From Bdellovibrionota bacterium (GTDB lineage: Bacteria; Bdellovibrionota_C; UBA2361; JBIKUX01), in NCBI GenBank assembly GCA_044347345.1, contig JBIKUX010000034.1, forward strand, positions 1 through 16,624: 16,624 nt of DNA. Reading direction: 5' to 3'. Below the pieces are notes generated by a model. That model worked only from the letters and a program-made list of their open reading frames with translations, had not been told where the DNA came from and searched no databases. Of this stretch, positions 12,201 to 16,624 are shown in pieces. The stretch's first letter is position 1. Each line of letters opens with the position of its first letter. The position numbers and the translations under genes are program-made.

Positions 12201-12224
12201 TTCAATCTGGCGTTTATTACCCAC
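3282..12224 (-). CDS. cgs: Cyclic beta-1,2-glucan synthase (Cgs/NdvB/ChvB family): GT84 glucosyltransferase + membrane segments + GH189-type cyclisation domain + GH94 phosphorylase
   Basis: 2980-aa uninterrupted ORF with GTG start preceded by AAAGG. N-terminal region: WLLDNFHLI, ELWAVP, LIENLRRL. GT region: MGWERKRGK, VITLDSD (DxD), QPRV, GVDPY, GKGVYDVD, LLSHDLFEG, RAHRWVRGDWQ, followed by several hydrophobic helices. Middle region: RTSPTNIG, GHLFNWYD, YISSVDSGNL, YDLLASEAR, SWSGTMFEYLMP, WGISES, HHQGM. Two GH94 N-terminal repeats (LSNGRY; PWSNVIAN). GH94 catalytic domain: GFYQSGGAVGFRDQLQD, VQHWWHP, GDWNDGMN, GESVWL, ENGGQYTHAA, GWSWYTGSA. Confidence 0.96.
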   Translation of the reverse strand: MGNKRQIESSRKSYLSQYQNSNYKLATLSYQRNFAKNIIQLPLEEPFRVDPIPLDELAEKGRNLAQVHLNYSEDLTPQFIPKLTALPFLTRSRLIQKRFKDNVSFLQYAHKILLDSAHKDEVLTSGADWLLDNFHLIVRHINETRTLFNRSFDRALPILMSTKNGDYSAGDRLYFAPRVYDVVVEMIRLSDGIIDPQRLSTFLRGYQEIIPLKVGELWAVPIMARFALIENLRRLSQHLLRTREIRHKAFNVVDSSLEEVREYNERSSDLLLRIAQKITETPEVDGQDGAVHLFHRLRQRAGRDPLVTRWLEQRLDERGVNHESLEQIFLNQQARDQLSIGNTVTALRSVGMIDWRCWFEEVSLVHHELLRDPSGIYPLCDFKTRNLCTQQIERNAKKNGISELQAARDIINLCESAKNTDKNAHTKPFPDKIYEVPRQWHVGHYLLNGNEQHTFLAPLQKFRIWLYLGSFGLLTLLLLIGIITVTNSSPFSSLRSTMITLIMVAVLLVPSSELVIRVIQWVLSHLIKPRPLAKLEFADGIPTYCRTLVAVHGIFSTSKQIKDAINELEVRFIANTDSELRFALLADLYDAPSQVMPDDEEIIKSGKTLINEINNKHGFKDNQKFFVFFRQRVWSQTESKFMGWERKRGKVEELNKVILAKEGTSSLQITQSERELLQTIKFVITLDSDNTLPNQTARKLVGTIAHPLNHPYVDPIERRVTKGYGIIQPRVSSSLRSALKSKFAATFAHEAGVDPYTEMVSDFYFDLFGEASYLGKGVYDVDALHQSLLGRVPQSSLLSHDLFEGLFARTGFASDIELFDDVPSKYLSYIKRAHRWVRGDWQLVPWIGKKVPIIVEQENSSVIQLVNSPLSALSWWKLFDNLRRSLLTPSLYLLFLCSVSIFPGSSIFWIAIATLILSFPLYADLAHVVLIPPLRISLELYFKSLVFTLRSRLIHTLYQITFLPHQAMVIIHGIVISLFRVFISHRNLLEWQTFSSTESSIGDNQITYLKEMALPIFLTLLLIIPALILSSEKWNIGLILSALWLWSPFAAFSLSKKNADSISEFSQSEKKYLDDILKDTWRFFYEYLCPKYHYLIPDNIQLDPKLVVAERTSPTNIGLSLVSILGAHKSGFISIPEKLKYLTDVINTIKKLDKFRGHLFNWYDIATCTPLAPRYISSVDSGNLSASYLIVKSALESFQIQPLIEDSAFERLSSIALSYPALHPLLQYFEQKKPLTLPQIAQAISHLERVRSSSSKTLPDAANKDLSVLTSVEPLVKWYQLFQLLPESVAPHHYGDKISATVQEINREARNNPVSLTLVNQLLEKVVTLLPILATDSTDFIQAFTEAKVCLNELTQQGTTIIASISSLFKEVDYSFLYRQDQRLFRIGFHVDSATVDNSTYDLLASEARILSLVAIAKGDVPYKHWFALGRTLADTFSGKCLASWSGTMFEYLMPLLFMRNHPGTLIFESCKVAVKAQQRYSQHLGIPWGISESAYSRVDQHGTYQYKAFGVPSLALKRQLDQDCVIAPYATLLSTMVEPEKSVANLRLMERLGFRGEYGFFEAVDYSKDRLGAEVPYHIVRAYFSHHQGMGFLALINVLNNGIIREWFHKNPIISSIEELLDEKFPSRVPLKGITVEVEPQPLAASNVDNTHANWSGVVTTPFTSVPHTHILSNGRYTVMVDNQGNGFSAFHNDIALTRWRNDSLTHDYGSFVFVKDLKTGSIWSNTYRPTRTTPESYEANYSADKIEFQRRDGKFTTKTMIVVAQEDDAEIRQITISNTGTKRAFLELTSFSEVSLATFKADAAHPAFQKIFIETEYISDFDALICSRRPRSSTESPLFLVHSLAMSTVWGKTEYETSRESFIGRGNPLSSAQSIGKDSLSGKVGFVLDPIVSLRTRIEIEPGTTEKATFITGVTKSRQDALRLAIKFHDVNYLQRAFNLAWSKSSVELRYENYSFKHTLVFQRVANALFYNFSRLPAQSEALFRNNCSQSALWRLGISGDIPIILCTVSDNSHISLVQDLLFCHNFLRSRGIRFDLVIINEHLDGYLQPINEAIERLLHQSNHPFLINKHGGIHVRSRNHISDNEYILLKALARLLFEGIYGSLESQMAEILSATHNRLTDNSITLIPTTTHTTQAIVPQIGEYFPAPALEFGTNYGGFTDDGTSYTILAQGQKLSPLPWSNVIANPTFGTLVTETGGGYTWSENSRENRLTPFSNDPITDPNGEIVYIRDDTSGDYWAATPRPFTHHGSYHVTHGFGSSRFQTQYGSTKCNLTISVDPKDAIKFHDVKLTNIGSRTNKYSLFFYVEPVMGVSRDETGWMLRSKFDSELQSFIASNCYQGDFAERRLFVGSTEPILGFTGDRREFIGLSGNLSKPQFLNDQKVISSGAIKPLSGLTGDSLDHGLILQVSIQLAVGETKTISFFVGEAPNQDSLNVLIEKARGTDVTNLRTSSTATIWRELLTNIQIRTPSRSFDILMNGWLLYQTISARLWARTGFYQSGGAVGFRDQLQDVLAIMVTSPNIAREQILLHASRQFIEGDVQHWWHPPSGRGVRTRISDDYIWLPYVVAQYINTTSDTSILYEKIAYIEGDLLTHDPEAYITPTTSKTVATVYEHCIKALDRAISLRSVRGLPLMGCGDWNDGMNEVGKKGQGESVWLGWFLAKTLMDFSKLVTISEQSKNYCDNAREIVAAIEAHGWDGQWYRRAYFDDGTPLGSAQGHECTIDSISQSWAIISNLADPERTEVAFESACKMLVDESAGIIKLLTPPFNTHSPSAGYIQGYIPGVRENGGQYTHAAVWMVIAAAKLGKKDLAFQLFSLINPINRTIDNTATERYRGEPYVLCGDVYGVAPHDGRAGWSWYTGSAAWLYQAGLNAILGLNLTKEGISINPNIPLDWSDYDVTIKRDGFTYVIKIKQLAISNGQHLNTITKGNYFKFNVQVSGAFTWSYHGDTPATIPWISDDLKNGVHDVSISVEILI

Positions 12225-12484
12225 TTACTTCGCCTTTATTTGATGTATTTTTTCTGATGTCTTCGCAACATTCCTTTTTAGACTGATTTTTACAGTCCAT
12301 TGGTTGATACTCTTTAAGATTTTCACCCTTTGCAAGATATCTTCAGGTAAAAAACTGTTTAGAGAATTAATAATTAATTTTTTATTGGCAATATTGGCTA
12401 GTCCTCAATAGTGCAAAATATCATCTCAGTTTAGAGCAAGGCAGCTCGATGGGAGATGATTATAGTTGCGGAATGATTTAAACG
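12225..12484. promoter_or_regulatory. Divergent intergenic region expected to hold the cgs and tadE-like promoters
   Basis: 260-bp AT-rich gap between head-to-head starts. It contains a TATTGGC direct repeat (12383-12389, 12392-12398). I could not place a convincing -35/-10 pair, so the call rests on position. Confidence 0.5.
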
Positions 12485-13033
12485 ATGGCTGTAAAACAAA
12501 AATGGTGTCCTTACGGCGAAAGAGGGGGGGTATTAATTGAATTCTCCCTTGCAATTGGAATTTTAGTATTAATAGTTGGCTATACCGTAGAGCTTGGATC
12601 TCGTTATAAACAGCAATTGATTTTATCTGGTGCTGCTCACTATGCAGCGACAAGTTCGGCTGCAAATCCAGCTTTGCCTCTTCCTTGTAATGATCCTAAA
12701 GGTACGTTTTGCATAAGGCCTAAATTCAACCAAAATGGTGATCTTGTATCTGAAGGTAACGCAAATTCCCTTCGGTGCTTTGCTGAGATTGAAGCCTATC
12801 GCTTTCTGAATGCGAAAGAAAATCGTGCTCATCTTAAGCCTGATTCTTATGATATTGTATCTCTTGTAAAGACAGGATCTGAGGTTTCTGGATATGCGCC
12901 TAGAATTTTAGAGATAAGGATAGAAAAAAAACCGGATGAAAGGTCGTGCATACTCTGTTTTGGATCTACCTTACTTAGCAAAAAGGCGATTGGACACAGC
13001 GTTATCGGTGTGCAGCGAGTTTGTCAGTCATAG
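12485..13033 (+). CDS. TadE/TadG-like pseudopilin (type IVc/Tad minor pilin family)
   Basis: Short leader ending ERG, then GVLIEF (G|xxxxEF prepilin motif with Glu at +5), a hydrophobic helix SLAIGILVLIVGYTVELG, and L..AA..AA typical of the TadE N-terminal domain. The C-terminal region has 6 Cys. Confidence 0.8.
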   Translation: MAVKQKWCPYGERGGVLIEFSLAIGILVLIVGYTVELGSRYKQQLILSGAAHYAATSSAANPALPLPCNDPKGTFCIRPKFNQNGDLVSEGNANSLRCFAEIEAYRFLNAKENRAHLKPDSYDIVSLVKTGSEVSGYAPRILEIRIEKKPDERSCILCFGSTLLSKKAIGHSVIGVQRVCQS

Positions 13034-13064
13034 TAGAGCTTATAGGAGCTGTTTTTGAGCTCTA
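13034..13064. terminator. Inverted repeat immediately after the tadE-like stop; possible terminator in a convergent gap
   Basis: TAGAGCT (13034-13040) pairs with AGCTCTA (13058-13064), extendable inward by a U-G and an A-U pair. The loop is long and there is no U-tract. Confidence 0.25.
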
Positions 13065-13124
13065 GTCCGTCCTATGCGGCGCTTAAAATGTTGTTTACTT
13101 AGATATTTATGATATGACGTAAGG

Positions 13125-14330
13125 TTAAAAACAACGAAGAAGCATAAATTTTAGATAGCCAAGTTCTTTACATTCAAATGGGAAGGGATGATCTGCCGGT
13201 AATCCTCGATTTGCTATGACAATCCCCCTTTTTTTAGTTCGTTTTAGTGCAAGGTTTATTGTGTTTTGAAACTCCTCAGGGAGAAATCTTCCAGAACAAG
13301 AGGCAAAAGCAATAACTCCACCAACTTTTAGGGTCTTTAGAGCTTGGGTAAAAAGATGAGAATAGGCTTTGCCTCCTGCTTCTAATTGAGTTGTATTTTG
13401 AATAAACGCTGGGGGATCAACTATTATCAAATCCCAAGTTTTCTGCTGTGCTACAGCACGCTCTAAAAACGAATAAGCGTCATCAGTAGAGAGTTGATGA
13501 TTGCTAGCAGAGAGATTATTTACTCGGAAGTTTTTTTCCGCTCCTTTTATAGCCGGTTTAGCGCTATCTACTGTTGTTATTTCCTTGGCTCCATTTGCCC
13601 CTGCATAGACTGAAAAACCTCCAGTATAACCGAATAAATTTAACACTTTCATACCGCAGGCTATTTGACCGATTAGATGGCGATTATCGCGCTGATCCAA
13701 AAAAAAGCCAGTTTTTTGTCCTTTTAAGATATTTACTAGAAACTTATGACCATTTTCTGTTACTAGTATTTCTTCTAAAGGAGCTTCTCCATAAATACAC
13801 CTTGAAGTTTCTTCTAAAGAATCTTTATCACGATTCCTGACAATCACGCTGGAGAGCTTGAGTTTACGCGCAATAAGTTGCGCTATGAGTTCTGCATTCC
13901 AAAAAGAAGCAGGAGAAAGACCATCAAACTTTAACACTCCAAATGTTCCGTACTTGTCAAAGACCATGCCAGGTAAGTAGTCACCTTCTCCATTTAAAAC
14001 CCTATAACAGTTGGTGTTAGGCGGAATTATTAACAAACGATGGTCAATTGACTGCTGGATACGACTCGCTACTATGTCGTCATTAAAACGGTCTTGAGAA
14101 AGATCCAGAACTCGGAAACATAGATTAGATTGAGGATCAAAAATTCCTTTCGCGATAATATCACCTTTGCGATTTTTGAGTAGAGCTAATGTACCACGAG
14201 GTACATCTCTATTGACTGATTCTACTTCGTTTTTAAATACCCAAGGATAACCTCTAAACAAGCGAGTTCGCAGGTCGCTGATTGCTGTAATATGAATTGG
14301 TCTGCTTTTACTACAAAAAAACTGACTCAT
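13125..14330 (-). CDS. rlmI: RlmI-family SAM-dependent rRNA methyltransferase (23S m5C1962-type)
   Basis: 401 aa. N-terminal PUA-like GYPWVF..E, then YRVLNGEGDYLPG..FDKYG, ENGHKF.V, GQKTGFFLDQRDNR, SAM motif VLNLFGYTGGFSVYA, DLIIVDPPAF, catalytic SCS, and DHP...E..YLK. RBS AGGGGG lies 10 nt before the ATG. The exact RNA target is inferred from family membership. Confidence 0.88.
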   Translation of the reverse strand: MSQFFCSKSRPIHITAISDLRTRLFRGYPWVFKNEVESVNRDVPRGTLALLKNRKGDIIAKGIFDPQSNLCFRVLDLSQDRFNDDIVASRIQQSIDHRLLIIPPNTNCYRVLNGEGDYLPGMVFDKYGTFGVLKFDGLSPASFWNAELIAQLIARKLKLSSVIVRNRDKDSLEETSRCIYGEAPLEEILVTENGHKFLVNILKGQKTGFFLDQRDNRHLIGQIACGMKVLNLFGYTGGFSVYAGANGAKEITTVDSAKPAIKGAEKNFRVNNLSASNHQLSTDDAYSFLERAVAQQKTWDLIIVDPPAFIQNTTQLEAGGKAYSHLFTQALKTLKVGGVIAFASCSGRFLPEEFQNTINLALKRTKKRGIVIANRGLPADHPFPFECKELGYLKFMLLRCF

Positions 14331-14344
14331 AATTAAAATACCCC

Positions 14345-14399
14345 CTGAGCTAAAGCTCAGTTTGGAAGTTTGATTGTATGGTTAGGAGGTCACCTAACC
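14345..14399 (-). repeat. Two short hairpins in the aroA-rlmI spacer
   Basis: On the minus strand: GGTTAGG-tgacct-CCTAACC (14399-14380, 7-bp stem directly after the aroA stop) and CTGAGC-ttta-GCTCAG (14360-14345, 6-bp stem overlapping the rlmI RBS). Confidence 0.6.
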
Positions 14400-15926
14400 T
14401 TAATGTATTTCACGAAGCTTCTCGAGCTCTTGCCAGAAAGTTGGAAATGTTTTTCCTACGACCGATGGCGTAGCGATGCTAATACCGTGAACTTTAGTGC
14501 CAAGCACCGCAAAGCTCATGGCCATTCGGTGGTCATGATAGGTTTTGGTGGGATAGAAAGGAGTATCTTCTTCATTGCGATTGAGCAGATGAGGAGCATA
14601 ATCTATAGACATCCAGTCAGCTCCCTCTTCTACCGTGACCCCAAGCTTTCTTAGCTCATCTGCTGGACATTGAATGCGGTCACATTCCTTAATTCGCAGA
14701 GTAGATAAGCCAGTGAGAGTGGTGCGCCCTGGAATCAGAGGAGCAATACCCATCAGAGTGAGAGCAACGTCAGGCATGAGCGAAAAATCAACAGCACTTG
14801 TTAAAGGATTTAATACTCCATTTGCCGGACCCGTAACCGTTAAAGTATTGTCGCGACTTTCTACTTTTGAACCCAACTTTTTTAATACTTCAAGGAATCC
14901 TAGGTCTCCCTGAGATGACTGACCGCTGAGGTTCGGAACAGTGATAGATTTACCATGGATAGTAGCTAATGCAAAAAAGTAAGATGCACCTGAAGCATCA
15001 GCTTCTACTGTTACAACTTCTTTACTTTCGTAGGTGCCTGCTGGAATTACAAACTCATTGAACAATTCATTGGTGTTTACTGTTACTCCAAAGCGATTCA
15101 TCTCTTGGATAGTTAACTTAATGTAAGGCGCGCTTACTAGTGGGCCATCAGAACTTACCGATAAGCCGCCCGGAAGACATGGAGCAATAATAAGGAGAGC
15201 TGAGAAAAATTGACTGGAGATGTCACCAGGAATACAAATGCTCATATTGTTAGGCATTGTATCAAAAGTATCATCTATATTAATTGATTTATCTTGAGGC
15301 TCTTTTTTTCTCTTATTGAAACCTAGCTTTGAAATATAGCTTGGAGGGGTAATCATCATCGGCAAATAGCCCGCTTTATCAGCGGAAATTATGCATCCGA
15401 GCTGAGTAAGGGCATCAGCAAGATGAGTTAGAGGACGACTCCTTAAAGGAGCATCACCATCTACCAAAGTGGGTGACCTTCTCAGTGCGCAACCTGCCAA
15501 AAGAAGTCTAGCAGATGTACCACTCAACCCTAAATTAATTGAAGTGACTTTGTTATCAGCATTATCGGTATCGTTTGTGCTTGGAAATCGTCCATTACCG
15601 CCCGTAATCACTAACTCCCCACCTGACTCTTGTTCTTTAATTGTTACTCCAAGAGTAACTAATGCCGTCTTAAGTCGCTCAACATCGTCGCAATAAGCCC
15701 AGCCTTGAATAGTTGTGGTACCTTTAGCCAGTGAGGCTATCATGAGGTCTCGAATCGATAAGCTTTTTGACCCAGGCACTAAGGCAAGTTTAGGAATTGG
15801 TAACCGAGAGGATTCGAGCACAGAATCTTTGTGACATATCACTGGATATGGATCAGAAACTAAATCACTATTAAACTGCTGAAGGATTTGTAGTGGGGTT
15901 GACTGGTCGTGGTCATTCTTAGCCAT
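14400..15926 (-). CDS. aroA: 3-phosphoshikimate 1-carboxyvinyltransferase (EPSP synthase)
   Basis: PGSKSLSIR, LGLSGTSARLL, LRSRPL, ISSQFFSALL, SAPYIKLT, EADASGASYF, QGD, MPDVALTL, LRIKECDRI, TYHDHRMAMSF and VGKTFPTFW. GTGAG RBS lies 9 nt before ATG 15926. Confidence 0.97.
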   Translation of the reverse strand: MAKNDHDQSTPLQILQQFNSDLVSDPYPVICHKDSVLESSRLPIPKLALVPGSKSLSIRDLMIASLAKGTTTIQGWAYCDDVERLKTALVTLGVTIKEQESGGELVITGGNGRFPSTNDTDNADNKVTSINLGLSGTSARLLLAGCALRRSPTLVDGDAPLRSRPLTHLADALTQLGCIISADKAGYLPMMITPPSYISKLGFNKRKKEPQDKSINIDDTFDTMPNNMSICIPGDISSQFFSALLIIAPCLPGGLSVSSDGPLVSAPYIKLTIQEMNRFGVTVNTNELFNEFVIPAGTYESKEVVTVEADASGASYFFALATIHGKSITVPNLSGQSSQGDLGFLEVLKKLGSKVESRDNTLTVTGPANGVLNPLTSAVDFSLMPDVALTLMGIAPLIPGRTTLTGLSTLRIKECDRIQCPADELRKLGVTVEEGADWMSIDYAPHLLNRNEEDTPFYPTKTYHDHRMAMSFAVLGTKVHGISIATPSVVGKTFPTFWQELEKLREIH

Positions 15927-15962
15927 TTGCGGCTACTCACCGTTTCAATTTACCGTTTAAAA

Positions 15963-16624
15963 TTATCTTTCACTAGATGCTTGTGTCACCGTTTTTTCAC
16001 TTTCGAGAGCGTTAGCAAGGCCTGTAGCCAAATTATGCACAGCGGCTACGCCTTGCCTAACGATACTGTCAACTGTTCGACTAGCAATGTGCGGGGTGAG
16101 ATGAACATAAGGCATTCCAAGGAGTGGGTTGTGGGGGTCGACGGGCTCAGGGTCAAGTACATCAGCAGCGAAAGCCGCCACTTTTCCAGAGCGAATGCTG
16201 TTAGCTAAAGCCTGTTGGTCTATTAGGCGTCCTCGGCTGAGATTGAGTATGACTACTCCATTTTTACACATGGCAATGCGTCTAGCATTAAGGAAGTGCG
16301 AATTTGATTTGGTTAAATTCATGTGAAGACTGACAATATCAGATTTAGCTAGAGCCTCTTCACATTGGTTAGTTCGGGATAGTTGTGGACCAGATCCGTT
16401 TATTGAATCATCGCAAAAAAGTGGATGTTTAAATGCGCTTAGTAGTTGTTGAAAAAATTCCTCGTGAGGCGCAGACCAAGAAGTGTTATAGATAACAACG
16501 TTCATACCAAAAGCCATTGCACGCTTAGCGACCTCACGACCTACACGTCCGAATCCAAAAATCCCTAATGTTTTACCGGCAACCTCCATTCCGGTAAAAC
16601 GTTTCCACTTGGCCGCATGGACTA
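15963..16624 (-). CDS. D-isomer-specific 2-hydroxyacid dehydrogenase (SerA/GhrB-like), 5' end outside the window
   Basis: The frame stays open upstream of ATG 16589 to the window edge (VHAAKWKRFTG-MEVAGKTLG), matching the internal family motif W.R..G.E..GKTLG. Rossmann GFGRVG, SDIVSLH, NLSRG (Arg), ADVLDPEP (Glu) and TPHIAS (His) are present. There is no C-terminal ACT domain. Substrate cannot be determined. Confidence 0.9.
   Translation of the reverse strand, partial: VHAAKWKRFTGMEVAGKTLGIFGFGRVGREVAKRAMAFGMNVVIYNTSWSAPHEEFFQQLLSAFKHPLFCDDSINGSGPQLSRTNQCEEALAKSDIVSLHMNLTKSNSHFLNARRIAMCKNGVVILNLSRGRLIDQQALANSIRSGKVAAFAADVLDPEPVDPHNPLLGMPYVHLTPHIASRTVDSIVRQGVAAVHNLATGLANALESEKTVTQASSER

Noticed and set aside
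12426..12832. Minus-strand ORFs 12426-12665 and 12623-12832
   Set aside because: They are antisense to the TadE-like gene, which has a clear family signature, and have no motifs of their own.
13036..13061. Three GAGCT copies at 10-11 bp spacing in the tadE/rlmI gap
   Set aside because: The 5-mers sit in a convergent gap with no promoter to regulate, and two copies are explained by the hairpin arms.
11029..13706. A/T homopolymers of 7-8 nt (e.g. 11029-11036, 13229-13235, 13699-13706) as phase-variation sites
   Set aside because: They are expected in AT-rich DNA from Lys and Phe codons, and the reading frames are intact.
13574..16326. Plus-strand ORFs 13574-13840, 14370-14654, 14674-14913, 15469-15696, 15909-16208 and 16129-16326
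   Set aside because: They are antisense overlaps of rlmI, aroA or the dehydrogenase, with no independent coding evidence.
16570..16600. Perfect 10-bp inverted repeat GTTTTACCGG / CCGGTAAAAC around ATG 16589
   Set aside because: It lies inside a conserved coding motif (RFTG-MEV-AGKT). That ATG is internal to the gene, so a start-sequestering role is unsupported and coincidence is likely.
1..16624. CRISPR arrays, tRNA/rRNA, IS elements, integrase, prophage or defence genes
   Set aside because: I saw no periodic repeats, structural RNA signatures or such protein motifs. The longest intergenic gap is 260 bp.

Overview
This is an AT-rich, gene-dense bacterial chromosomal window with no rRNA, tRNA, CRISPR array or mobile element that I can support. 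cysS (+) converges on a co-directional minus-strand trio: a 2980-aa cyclic beta-1,2-glucan synthase (Cgs/NdvB/ChvB), a class I fructose-1,6-bisphosphatase, and a lipoprotein whose C-terminal half looks like a staphylococcal-nuclease (SNase) fold lacking most catalytic residues. A lone Cys-rich TadE-like pseudopilin is transcribed divergently from cgs. It converges on a second minus-strand run: a D-2-hydroxyacid dehydrogenase (serA-like, cut by the window end), an enlarged aroA and an rlmI-like methyltransferase. The best candidates for new biology are the SNase-like pseudoenzyme lipoprotein and the cgs-fbp-lipoprotein unit, which has no exporter in the window. Both are inferences from motif reading by eye, with no database search run.
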